Both the position numbers and the translations under genes were made by a program. Below are positions 20,723 to 30,044 of a stretch of DNA of 64,000 nt, piece after piece. The DNA lies in NCBI GenBank assembly GCA_965228855.1, contig CBDDIJ010000003.1:192001-256000 (forward strand), written 5' to 3'. Source of the stretch: Candidatus Obscuribacterales bacterium (GTDB lineage Bacteria > Cyanobacteriota > Vampirovibrionia > Obscuribacterales > Obscuribacteraceae). The notes beneath the pieces were generated by a model. The model was not told the origin of the DNA. It saw only the letters and a program-made list of their open reading frames with translations, and searched no databases. Numbering within the stretch: position 1 is the stretch's first letter; the number at the start of each line of letters is the position of its first letter.

Positions 20723-20808
20723 TGAGCTTACGGTGAGGACGGAGCTATCGGTGAGAAACTGAGCTGTCGGTGAGACCCGCGCTAACGGTGAGGACTGAGC
20801 TATCGCCC
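20723..20808. repeat. About 4.5 copies of an 18-19 bp intergenic tandem repeat
   Basis: CGGTGAGGACGGAGCTAT / CGGTGAGAAACTGAGCTGT / CGGTGAGACCCGCGCTAA / CGGTGAGGACTGAGCTAT. Confidence 0.75.
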
Positions 20809-20817
20809 AGGATGTTA

Positions 20818-22323
20818 CTACCGCTGAAAGCCGATCTGGTCTGGTCTTCGCTGGAAGTCTTTCCAGGACGCGATAACGTTTTTCGGAGCCTTGTAATTGG
20901 TGTCATAGACCACGATCACATTCGTCAGGGCGCGACTTGCGGGAACGATAATTTGATTGTTATGCGCGATCGAGCGCGATGCTCCTCCGTCGAGATTCAT
21001 CGCTTCACTGCATCCCATCGCTTTCATAATCTCAGCTTCCTTTTGAAGAGAGAGTCCTCGTAAGAAAGTGACGATATAAACTTTATCTTTGCTCGCTGGA
21101 TATCCCATCGCGCATCTTGCGCCGACTCCAAGAACATGCGGATCCGCAAACCCTTCGTCCGTCGCTCTCAACTCGACTTCGCCATTCCTCAACAGTCGCG
21201 GACCGCACGTGATCGAAAACCAATGTTGACTCCAATCAGGCTGGCGTCCCTCTGTGCGAGCCGTAACCATCTCCGGTTCGTTGTTTCGTTTTAAACCGAA
21301 TGTAGTTCCATAATTTTCCCACGGACTGTACTTGAGGTAACGACCTCTTGCCACCATGTTTCCCATCACTCGCTTTTGATTGTCCTTACTGAAGAAGGTT
21401 CCGTTCTGGACAACCGCTCCACGACTACGTTTGACAAAAGAAGAGAACGACTCGTCTCCGTGTGTACTCGCCGCGCTATTGGCTTCAGCTGCGTTGTTTG
21501 CAATTTCAATCGACAAAAATGTTTCCGGATCCTTTAAATCCACCGTCGCTTGATAAAATGGCACTCCCTTCAGCGTGGCTTTGACAAACTTTAGAGGTTT
21601 GCCTTTGCGAGGCGGTAACTCTGCCGGGACGAACACAGGTGGTTCGAGCCGCGGGTTTGTCGGCGGAAGTGCGCTTATAAGAAGCGGTGAATTTGGGGAT
21701 TTGTCAGTCAAGTCCGGCTCTGCGACTGGTGACGAGAGGGCGGTCTCGTGGGGAAGTGTTGGAACCGCGTTGTTCTCCTCGTTTTCGGTCGGCTTCTCTA
21801 TGCTATCTTCGTCGGGCGTTTTATTGTCTTGCGCGCTTACTGTGGTTCCCGTCGGAGTGGCTGAATCTCTTTCCCCCTTTTGCGCTTCTTCGTTGCCTTC
21901 GCCGATGTTGAATTCGATCTCCGGGTGCGTGTCTGCTGGCCCGCTAATCATCGCAATTTTCTCTTGCGGCTGACCGTGTTGTGCAAGCCAGTTTCTCGTC
22001 GCAATCTCTCTAATGCGTGCGAGTTCATTGAAGTCTATTTTGACCCGATGTTCTTTGAGCATGGGAAAAACAGTCACTCGTCTATCGGGAAACGCTAGAC
22101 AAAAACCGACGGCAATCAGCGCCAACATCAACATTGGACACACTATGCAGAGTTTGATCGTTTCGAGACGGTCCGTGTTCATTCCGTTATTGTGCCCAAG
22201 ATAGGTTATTTCGGCACTGGCGAAAACCCTGAAATAGCCAATCTCAATCAATTCATAATCATCCTGGGCTGCATGAATGAAAAACGGCCCGGTTGAGGCG
22301 AAGCTGGCCGGATTTTCATTCAT
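20818..22323 (-). CDS. Phosphodiester glycosidase family protein (NAGPA/DUF2233); true start probably downstream of 22323
   Basis: NGTFF, CGPRLLRNG, ARCAMG, AMNLDGGAS motifs; TM anchor and Pro-rich linker. Confidence 0.8.
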   Translation of the reverse strand: MNENPASFASTGPFFIHAAQDDYELIEIGYFRVFASAEITYLGHNNGMNTDRLETIKLCIVCPMLMLALIAVGFCLAFPDRRVTVFPMLKEHRVKIDFNELARIREIATRNWLAQHGQPQEKIAMISGPADTHPEIEFNIGEGNEEAQKGERDSATPTGTTVSAQDNKTPDEDSIEKPTENEENNAVPTLPHETALSSPVAEPDLTDKSPNSPLLISALPPTNPRLEPPVFVPAELPPRKGKPLKFVKATLKGVPFYQATVDLKDPETFLSIEIANNAAEANSAASTHGDESFSSFVKRSRGAVVQNGTFFSKDNQKRVMGNMVARGRYLKYSPWENYGTTFGLKRNNEPEMVTARTEGRQPDWSQHWFSITCGPRLLRNGEVELRATDEGFADPHVLGVGARCAMGYPASKDKVYIVTFLRGLSLQKEAEIMKAMGCSEAMNLDGGASRSIAHNNQIIVPASRALTNVIVVYDTNYKAPKNVIASWKDFQRRPDQIGFQR

Positions 22324-22531
22324 CGGCGGAGCTCGCTATTGCAGGGCCGGATATTCATCGGCGGAACTCGATTCGTTCTTGAGTCAGTGGTGGCGGTTGC
22401 GTGCGGCGTTTGGAATGCTTTCGCGAAGTCCGATTGTGTAGGGAAGTTGAATATCCGGGTTGATCCGGTTGAAACTTGCTACGCTAGGGGTACGATAGTA
22501 TTCGTACGTTTTTGTAGGACGCTCCAAACAG

Positions 22532-23230
22532 ATGACTGACAAACCGAAACGCCTTAACATCCTGGGTGCGCTTGGTGATTTCACTATTCTTGTCCTTTTG
22601 ATCGCGGGGGCTGGATTTGGTGGCTATTACATTGGCTTAAACCAACGACTCGCGCCCGTTCAATATGTTTGGCCTGGGACACCAGGGGCGGTGCCTATAG
22701 ATCAAATTCTCGGACCTCAAGCTGCGACAGCGACGGTTGGAGGAGGCGATACCAATGCTTCGGCGGCATCACCAGGTGCTGCACCAGCCTCCGCACCGAC
22801 CGCCACTCCTGCTGCGAGTAAACCTGCGACGGCAGCGGCGACTCCTTCTTCCGCACAAACTGCGAAACGTAAAACAAAGTTTTGGCTCTGCTCTACCGGT
22901 GCCGACGATTATGTCGGCTATTCTATAACTGCCAAAATCAATGGAGTCGCTGTGGACAACTTCTTCTCCGCAGGCAAGACGATTGATATCTCCAAGCATG
23001 TCAAAAAGGGCTCGAACAAGCTCGAACTCGAATGTAAGAATCTCGGTGACGATTACAACAATCACAAAGATGACCAGAACGCTAGCAAAGCAGTTTTAAC
23101 CGTTCAATTAGTATCGGGTCCTTCCGTGCGTGACGACTATCCGCAATCGGCAGTTTTGTTTACTGTTAAGCGAAACGCTTCTGAAACGCAAGATTTCAAC
23201 GAAGAAAAGACTTTCGAATCTAAGGAGTAG
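22532..23230 (+). CDS. Membrane-anchored hypothetical protein with Ala/Pro/Thr linker and beta-rich C-terminal domain
   Basis: N-terminal TM helix, low-complexity linker, IDISKHVKKGSNKLELE beta-sandwich-like segment. Confidence 0.6.
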   Translation: MTDKPKRLNILGALGDFTILVLLIAGAGFGGYYIGLNQRLAPVQYVWPGTPGAVPIDQILGPQAATATVGGGDTNASAASPGAAPASAPTATPAASKPATAAATPSSAQTAKRKTKFWLCSTGADDYVGYSITAKINGVAVDNFFSAGKTIDISKHVKKGSNKLELECKNLGDDYNNHKDDQNASKAVLTVQLVSGPSVRDDYPQSAVLFTVKRNASETQDFNEEKTFESKE

Positions 23231-23233
23231 AAG

Positions 23234-23764
23234 GTGAAGGCAAAGTTTTTCTTCATTACAATTTTCGCTGCGGTCGATGCGTATTTTGCCGGATTTGCAC
23301 TTGGATTCAACAGCCGACATGCTTTAATTGGCGATCCGAAGATTCCAGCGCCGATAGTCGACGTCAAAAAGTCTGAAGCCGCAACTCCGGTTCCGGGGGC
23401 TTCCAGTACGGCTGCGGCGAATTCGCAACAGCCGAAAGTCGGAGGAGCAAAGTCTGCTCCCGGAGTGTCTGGTGCGAAACCGGGTAATTCGAAATCTCAT
23501 GGTGGCAAGAATGGTGGAGCTAAGTCAGCTGGCCCGGCTGGTTCCAAATCTGGTAGTAAATCTGGTGCTGCCAGCACGGCTGGTTCCAAATCCGGTAGTA
23601 AGTCTGGTGCCGCCAACCCTGCTGGTTCTAAATCCGGTACTAAGTCTGGTGGCACGAAACCTGCTGGTTCCAAATCTGGTGTTAAATCTGGTGGCACGAA
23701 GCCTGTTGGTGGTAAAGACAACAGCGCGAAAACAAGTGCTAATTCTGCTGGTGGGCACAAATAA
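23234..23764 (+). CDS. Exported/anchored low-complexity Gly-Ser-Lys repeat protein
   Basis: GTG start 3 bp after the upstream stop; hydrophobic N-terminus; four 14-aa repeats. Confidence 0.6.
   Translation: MKAKFFFITIFAAVDAYFAGFALGFNSRHALIGDPKIPAPIVDVKKSEAATPVPGASSTAAANSQQPKVGGAKSAPGVSGAKPGNSKSHGGKNGGAKSAGPAGSKSGSKSGAASTAGSKSGSKSGAANPAGSKSGTKSGGTKPAGSKSGVKSGGTKPVGGKDNSAKTSANSAGGHK
23531..23698 (+). repeat. 4x42-bp coding tandem repeat (xxAGSKSGxKSGxx)
   Basis: GCTGGTTCYAAATCYGGT recurs every 42 bp. Confidence 0.85.
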
Positions 23765-23834
23765 TCGACACTGCTCAGTGCCGACACTGGCAAAAGCCTG
23801 GTAATTTATCGAGACAGCACCGGAAATTCTGCGT

Positions 23835-24140
23835 TTAGGCTTTGACCGCTGCAAAGATTGGTGCAACTTTGCACTCGGTAACTTCGATCTTCTGCCACAC
23901 TTTTCCTACAACGTAGGGTTCGTGCGCAAACCATTCATCGACGTGCTTGCGATCCGCGAACTCGCAAACCATCATAGAACCGCTCATTGCTCCAGAATCA
24001 TCAAGAATCGCCGCGGCGTAAAGCAATTTGCCTTCGCCTTTCATTTTCTCTGCTAATGCCAGGTGCTCGGGTCTAGCAGCGGCCCGGCGCTCTGGCGCTT
24101 GCTCGTCCTTGCCATCGTAACCCAAAACTAGAAATTGCAT
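23835..24140 (-). CDS. yciI: YciI family protein
   Basis: RRAAARPEHL, GSMMVCEF, EPYVVGKVW. Confidence 0.88.
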   Translation of the reverse strand: MQFLVLGYDGKDEQAPERRAAARPEHLALAEKMKGEGKLLYAAAILDDSGAMSGSMMVCEFADRKHVDEWFAHEPYVVGKVWQKIEVTECKVAPIFAAVKA

Positions 24141-24270
24141 ATGTCATCTCCATGACTGTGTTGTCGCGAGTGTTCCACCACGTTCAGGGCTACGTAATTC
24201 AACGTTCATGCCTGAATTGATCGGCGGCCGTCTCGTGCGTTGAAACCGCATATTATCCCACTTGACCAGT

Positions 24271-25413
24271 TTAGTTCAAGATCCAGAGATAAGTTGGGGC
24301 AACCCCTTGCTTTGATGGTTTTGAAAATCGAACCTTGGTTTTTGTTTCGACAGCTTTTTGCAAAAAATTGATTGATTTCTCAGAGTTCAGCGCCATCAGT
24401 TCCAGGGAATCCTGTGTCTCTTTTATCAGGAACGGTTGCAGATACTTCCAATTGGGCTGATCGTAAATATCGTTGTTAATCTGCAGCCGCTTGATTTGCT
24501 TCTCTTCCAGCTGCACATCTTTGATTAATCCCACCATGCACTTGCCTTCGTCGGCCCGAGTGAAGGACAGATCTTCGTATTCTCTTAGCGCTGGCACCGG
24601 TGGCGGTATCACCTTTACATTGCCCTTATTAGTATACCGAACCATCATCGGGACTGAATTATTTCTGTACTTCGATATTCTTTCCCACCGGCAATTATTC
24701 GCCCGGTAAATTGGAATGCGCCAATAGCTGTGAGAGCGTCCCCTAATCACAGCATTATCCAGTTGCTGACAGATGAGCACGGCGCGTTTGTCGGTTCCGA
24801 ACGAGACAAGGTCGTCGATCACTGTCGTTTTGGATTTCTCTCCCCAGTTCGGATCGGGACACGAAAAATATCCCGATGTTTCCGTGGGAAATGGTCTCCC
24901 CGACTTATCGAACATGATGGTGGTCAGTACCGCATTCGGTGCAATGCCGCAACCACCAGTGGCTTGCAAAATTACGATGTCCAGTTCACCGTTTTGGTCC
25001 AGATCGGTTGTGAAGAATGCACTACCTAACCCATAATATGTTTTCGCAAGCGTCCACTTCTTGCCACTCGCGTCTTTGCCGGTGAATACAAGATCATCGC
25101 TGTTATAAGGCAACGTCATTTCCGCGTTGGCTAGTTTGACGACTTTGCCATCCTTCAAGCCTGCGTCACTGACTGTCTTTAGCGATACCTTTTGCTTCTT
25201 ATCCTGGGTTGAAACAGGGATGTATTCTTCAATGTAAGCCTCCGCTTGCTGAGTCGATTGGAGCGAGCAAAGAACAGTCAGAGTTAGACCGACTGAAAGC
25301 AAAGCCATTTTAGAGCAAGCTAGTTCATCGCGAGAAGTTTCGATACAAGACGTTTCGATGCGAGGCATTTCACTGCGAGCCGTTTCAAATCTATTTTTAG
25401 AATGGTATTCCAT
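24271..25413 (-). CDS. Secreted hypothetical protein
   Basis: Long ORF with a signal-like hydrophobic stretch and a DLDQNGELD Ca-binding-like loop. Confidence 0.6.
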   Translation of the reverse strand: MEYHSKNRFETARSEMPRIETSCIETSRDELACSKMALLSVGLTLTVLCSLQSTQQAEAYIEEYIPVSTQDKKQKVSLKTVSDAGLKDGKVVKLANAEMTLPYNSDDLVFTGKDASGKKWTLAKTYYGLGSAFFTTDLDQNGELDIVILQATGGCGIAPNAVLTTIMFDKSGRPFPTETSGYFSCPDPNWGEKSKTTVIDDLVSFGTDKRAVLICQQLDNAVIRGRSHSYWRIPIYRANNCRWERISKYRNNSVPMMVRYTNKGNVKVIPPPVPALREYEDLSFTRADEGKCMVGLIKDVQLEEKQIKRLQINNDIYDQPNWKYLQPFLIKETQDSLELMALNSEKSINFLQKAVETKTKVRFSKPSKQGVAPTYLWILN

Positions 25414-25460
25414 TCCTATTTGACATGCAATGTGTCGGTTTTAGGGAGATGGCGAACGTT

Positions 25461-26171
25461 TTAAGGTGAATGCCTCCGTTCCGCGAAGGAAACAATCGAC
25501 GATGCCTTTCTGCGACTGTTTAACTGCTTAAGTTGACCTATATAGTCTTGCGGAAATTTGAAACTGGTATCTGGTAGTCGCAAACCGACGCTCGCTGCAA
25601 TGGAGTTGGCGTAGGCGACGCAATCACTTGAACCTACTTTGAAGTTGTCTGAATTCCACAGACCGCTTATTTGTTTCGACTTCAAAAAGGTTTTTCTATC
25701 AACGATGACGACAACGGCGTCGAGATTTCGCAGATTGCCGTCGCTGGCATTTTGCACCAGCAGACCGGGAACGCTGTGAAACAGTGAAGGAATTTGGTCG
25801 GTGAATTTTGCAGGAACGAAGCCGCGTGATTCGCACTCGCTGAATTTCAACGGAAGTGATTCGCTCCAGACAACGTAGCCATGACCTGGAAAACCATGAA
25901 TATTACTTGCAAGACTCGCGCATATAGCAACGTAGTAAGGACGTTCGTGTATCGATGAGCGAATATCCACAAGCGCGGGTGGGCTGTGAGGTAGGCGATA
26001 AACGACCGCCCAACAGAGAAGATAGGCAATCAATAGTCCTTTCACTGTGAGGAAAACCGAAACTACTCTTGCGAGCGGCGGCACGCCGAGTCGCTTTGAG
26101 AGGAGTGTATTCTGTCGTTGTCCTTGAAGTTTTGCCATAGAACCGACTGGACCGGGGTTTTGCCTCAACAT
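25461..26171 (-). CDS. Membrane-anchored hypothetical protein
   Basis: TM helix followed by FPGHGYV and DCVAY motifs (permuted papain-like arrangement possible). Confidence 0.55.
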   Translation of the reverse strand: MLRQNPGPVGSMAKLQGQRQNTLLSKRLGVPPLARVVSVFLTVKGLLIAYLLCWAVVYRLPHSPPALVDIRSSIHERPYYVAICASLASNIHGFPGHGYVVWSESLPLKFSECESRGFVPAKFTDQIPSLFHSVPGLLVQNASDGNLRNLDAVVVIVDRKTFLKSKQISGLWNSDNFKVGSSDCVAYANSIAASVGLRLPDTSFKFPQDYIGQLKQLNSRRKASSIVSFAERRHSP

Positions 26172-26219
26172 AACAGCGATTGAACGAGTAAATCGGGAGT
26201 GCCAATCGGTTTATCAACT

Positions 26220-26255
26220 GTTGGTTGGTTGGTTGGTTGGTTGGTTGGTTGGTTG
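26220..26255. repeat. (GTTG)9 tetranucleotide microsatellite
   Basis: Read directly; intergenic between divergent genes. Confidence 0.95.
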
Positions 26256-26520
26256 CGAAATTGGCGACAACGCATTCACTGCCGCTAGGCAATTGTTTGA
26301 ACCGTTTAACCTTGCCGTTATGGCTCTAGTGAGGTTAATTCCGTGCAATTTCCGAACAACCTCCGAAGCTTGCGAATGGTCTGTTGGAGAATCTTTTGCC
26401 GTTCGGCTCCGCTTATATCACTATCTAGCAGTTTGGAAAAAACAAACGGATCTCGACTCTATCCACTGTATATAAATCGGTCCTCTCGACAAATCCTTTG
26501 CCGTTCGATAGGCTGACCAC

Positions 26521-28416
26521 ATGGATTTAGTCACATCTACTTTGCCTGCTGCTGCACTGGGCGCGGAACTTGCGGGTTCGCTCGCCAAACACTGGGGCAT
26601 TCACTCGCTGCGTCCGCTACAGCAGCCGGCCATACAGGCGGTGTTGGAAGGGCGCGACTCGCTTGTTGTCCTCCCGACCGGTGGAGGTAAATCACTCTGT
26701 TACCAGGCACCAGCAGTGGTGCGCGATGGCGTGACGGTTGTGGTATCACCTTTGATATCGCTGATGAAGGACCAGGTCGACGGGCTTCGCGAGTCTGGAG
26801 TGGATGCTATTCGGCTCGACAGTTCACTATCCGCCGACGAGCGTTTCAAGGTCGATAAGCAGTTGCGTGATGGCAAAGTGTCATTGCTTTTCGTTTCACC
26901 GGAACGCCTGATGATGTACGATTTTATGGCGTTGCTTCAAGAGATTGGCGTCAACTCGATTGCCATCGACGAGGCGCACTGCATAAGCCAATGGGGTCAT
27001 GATTTCCGCCCGGAATATCGGCAGTTGAAGCGCCTTCGAGAGCTGTTCCCTCGTGCGTCTTTTCACGCGTACACCGCTACCGCTACCGAGAAAGTCCGAA
27101 AGGACATACTGGAACAGCTTGGTTTGGTCAATCCGGAAATTTTGGTAGGAAACTTCGATCGCCCGAATCTAACTTACCGAATTTTGCCTCGACGGGGAGA
27201 CCTTCTATCTCAGGTTCTCGATGTGCTTGCGCGTCATAAGGGCGAAGGCGGTGTAATTTATTGCATCAGCCGCAACGATGTGAACACGCTCTCCGCGCAG
27301 CTTAACAAAGCTGGTGTCAAAGCCATGGCTTACCATGCCGGCTTAACGCCTCAAGAGCGCACGAAGACGCAGGATGCTTTCCTTGAGGAATCCTGCGATG
27401 TAGTCGTCGCGACGGTTGCGTTCGGTATGGGAATCGACCGAAGCAATGTGCGATTTGTTTTACACACGGGAATGCCAAAGTCTCTTGAGGCCTATCAGCA
27501 AGAAACAGGTCGCGCTGGTCGGGACGGTCTAGAAGCTGAGTGCGTGCTGTTGAGTTCCGGTCAAGACTTTTTCACCTGGAAAGGTTTGATGGAACGTGCC
27601 GCTCGGGAGAATCAGTCAGAGCAAGCGCATCTCGATAGCTCCATCGAACACCTAAATGAAATGTGGCGGTACTGCAGAAGTTCCGTTTGCCGCCATCAGT
27701 CACTGGTGAATTACTTCGGTCAAGAATACGATAAGCCATCTTGCGGCGCGTGCGACCATTGTCTCGGCGAGACTGTCATGGTCGATGATGCAGACATTAT
27801 CGCGCAGAAGATAATCTCGTGTGTCGCGCGTGTGAAAGGGGCATATGGAATCGGCTACTACGTCTCTGTTTTGCGCGGTGAGAAGATCGCGAAAATCAAG
27901 GAGAGAGGTCACGAGTCGATAAGTACTTTCGGATTGCTCAAAGAGCATGACGCGCAAAACATCCGCGATTGGGTTTATCAACTAATCGGTCACGGTGTGT
28001 TGCGTCACGTTGAGATTGAGAGCGGTTTTGGAAAACCGATTTCAGTTGTTCAATTGAACAAACAGTCGATGGAAGTTTTGCGCGGCGAGAAGAAACTGCG
28101 ATTGCTGGCGCCGGTGAAGCCAAAGAAAGGTGCAAGAGGTGGCGCGTCTTCTGGTGCTTCTCGCAAGGATGACGATGGATGGGATGGAGTTGATCGCGAG
28201 TTGTTCGAGGAGCTACGTTCGCTTCGTAAGTCGATTGCTGATGAAATTGGTATGCCACCATATATAGTGTTTCATGACGCAACGCTGCGCGAGTTCGCGC
28301 GCAGTCGACCCGCGACGCTCGAGCAGATGCGTGGGATATCCGGAGTCGGTGACGCTAAGCTACGCAACTTTGGTGAAAAGTTTCGCGAATGCATCGCGGC
28401 ATACGGAGCCGGCTGA
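26521..28416 (+). CDS. recQ: ATP-dependent DNA helicase RecQ
   Basis: PTGGGKSLCYQ, DEAHCISQWGHDFRPEY, QETGRAGRDG, Zn-binding CRH..CGACDHC, RQC and HRDC (PPYIVFHDATL). Confidence 0.97.
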   Translation: MDLVTSTLPAAALGAELAGSLAKHWGIHSLRPLQQPAIQAVLEGRDSLVVLPTGGGKSLCYQAPAVVRDGVTVVVSPLISLMKDQVDGLRESGVDAIRLDSSLSADERFKVDKQLRDGKVSLLFVSPERLMMYDFMALLQEIGVNSIAIDEAHCISQWGHDFRPEYRQLKRLRELFPRASFHAYTATATEKVRKDILEQLGLVNPEILVGNFDRPNLTYRILPRRGDLLSQVLDVLARHKGEGGVIYCISRNDVNTLSAQLNKAGVKAMAYHAGLTPQERTKTQDAFLEESCDVVVATVAFGMGIDRSNVRFVLHTGMPKSLEAYQQETGRAGRDGLEAECVLLSSGQDFFTWKGLMERAARENQSEQAHLDSSIEHLNEMWRYCRSSVCRHQSLVNYFGQEYDKPSCGACDHCLGETVMVDDADIIAQKIISCVARVKGAYGIGYYVSVLRGEKIAKIKERGHESISTFGLLKEHDAQNIRDWVYQLIGHGVLRHVEIESGFGKPISVVQLNKQSMEVLRGEKKLRLLAPVKPKKGARGGASSGASRKDDDGWDGVDRELFEELRSLRKSIADEIGMPPYIVFHDATLREFARSRPATLEQMRGISGVGDAKLRNFGEKFRECIAAYGAG

Positions 28417-28485
28417 TTCAGTTTCAGCCAAAAACAATGAGATTTAGGACTTAAAGCAGATTGCCGGTCGTCGACTTGGTCGCGC

Positions 28486-29148
28486 CTAGTGTTCCGTCTT
28501 TTTGAAGAGTAGAGCATAACTATGGTCGTAGCCGAAAGAATAAGTCGGCTCCCAGTTTATGATCGTCTCGCCGACGAACGTCAGAATCTCCGACAACTCG
28601 GTTGCGATATCCCATGCGAGTGGGGTAGGCCTCGCATCCTCGTGTTTGAGGTTCGACACCTCTACAAGCGCATGGCTGCCCAGTTTCATCTTCATTGAGA
28701 TTTGTTCGAAGATACTGCCGAGGTCTGCGAGATAATGCTGGTAGCCGTGACCTTCGGTACTATAGGCGGTGAATGGATTTTCTTTATGATGGCGCCCCAT
28801 ATACGGTGGCGAGGTAATCACAAAATCAAAATCCGGCAGATCGTACTCGAGCAAATTCAATGAGTCGCCATGAATCAGGCGATCCGGATGTTCGATTTGG
28901 GAGCGAATGAAGTGGGCGCGTTTTTCGTCGAACTCAATCCCGTATGCCTCGCGCTCAAGCTGCTCGGCGACCTTCAACGTCGTCCCGAAGCCCGCGAATG
29001 GATCGAACACCACCTCGCCTTTTGTTGAGAACTTCTCGATATAATGCTTCGCGAAATCCTCCGAGTACCGGACATCATCTTTCCGAAACTCCTCTGGAAG
29101 TTCGGCCTTATGAGTGTTGGAAAAGGTCAAAACAGTTTTAGTCGTCAT
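28486..29148 (-). CDS. Small orphan N4/N6 amino-methyltransferase (DNA methylase family)
   Basis: Motif I FDPFAGFGTT followed by motif IV ITSPPY. Confidence 0.8.
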   Translation of the reverse strand: MTTKTVLTFSNTHKAELPEEFRKDDVRYSEDFAKHYIEKFSTKGEVVFDPFAGFGTTLKVAEQLEREAYGIEFDEKRAHFIRSQIEHPDRLIHGDSLNLLEYDLPDFDFVITSPPYMGRHHKENPFTAYSTEGHGYQHYLADLGSIFEQISMKMKLGSHALVEVSNLKHEDARPTPLAWDIATELSEILTFVGETIINWEPTYSFGYDHSYALLFKKTEH

Positions 29149-29157
29149 CTCTCACCA

Positions 29158-29913
29158 TTAGAGGTATTGTTCAAAGTCTTCGACTACCTTCTTGAATCGT
29201 TTTAAAAACTCCTGAGGCACATCGAACGGGTAACAAATTCGCGTGAGCAAGTGGCAATCATATTTCTGAGAATATGGTGCGTACAGCTCAACGCTGTAAA
29301 ACGAGTATTCGTTGAATTTCTTGGGAACTTGATGAACTCCGGCGTATGGACCCTTTTGGAGTTGCATGTCTATGACCACGCCTCCCCAATCAGGACCCTG
29401 TTCTTGCTTGTTCGTGGATGGCAAAATGTATGGTTTTGCTTTGTACTCCACATAGATCTTGTCCGCTCCTGGTTTGATCTTGGCTTTGGGATAGTACTCA
29501 CGAATGAGTTTTTCCACAATCGAGTCCAATGATGTCCAGTTCGCAACTGCTCTATCAGAAGCGGCGACACCATTAGCGGTGCCATTGGAAGTAGTGTTAC
29601 TGGAAGTGGTGCCATTAGAAGCGGGAGTGGCTGCACCTGAATTTTCGTCTTGCAGTGCTTTCTCGTCTAGCGCGGGATTATCCCCTTCCGCTAAATTATG
29701 GGCTGGCTTTGCACCCTGCGCTGCAACTGGGTGGTCCGAGATAAACAGCGCCGCAGACAACATCCCTATCGCCAAAACAACTCTTGCCGATGCGACTCTG
29801 GACAATGTGGGTCTGAACAGTGGGGCTCTCGCAAATTTGGCATTCGCCAAAGCGGCACCCAAAAGTGCGGCCACCGCTCTGCCATTCAGTCGCGTTTTGA
29901 GTCTTTGGGACAT
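29158..29913 (-). CDS. Secreted hypothetical protein
   Basis: Signal-like N-terminus, Asn/Thr linker, globular C-terminus; co-oriented with the methylase gene. Confidence 0.6.
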   Translation of the reverse strand: MSQRLKTRLNGRAVAALLGAALANAKFARAPLFRPTLSRVASARVVLAIGMLSAALFISDHPVAAQGAKPAHNLAEGDNPALDEKALQDENSGAATPASNGTTSSNTTSNGTANGVAASDRAVANWTSLDSIVEKLIREYYPKAKIKPGADKIYVEYKAKPYILPSTNKQEQGPDWGGVVIDMQLQKGPYAGVHQVPKKFNEYSFYSVELYAPYSQKYDCHLLTRICYPFDVPQEFLKRFKKVVEDFEQYL

Positions 29914-30044
29914 TGCCGGACCTCGTTTGTGTCTCCGTCAGTCATCGCAAGTGACCAGATACCGACTCTGCCGGTTTTCTTGCGATAATGCTGTAAAATT
30001 GTCCTGGCTCTGCAGTTTAATGCAAATCACGGCGCAATTTCAAT

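Noticed and set aside
20723..20808. Possible mini CRISPR array
   Set aside because: Units are contiguous 18-19 bp repeats without unique spacers; no cas genes in the window
25903..26292. Phase-variable N-terminal extension of the 236-aa gene through the (GTTG)9 tract
   Set aside because: An in-frame TGA lies between the tract and the ATG at 26171, so no repeat number can fuse them
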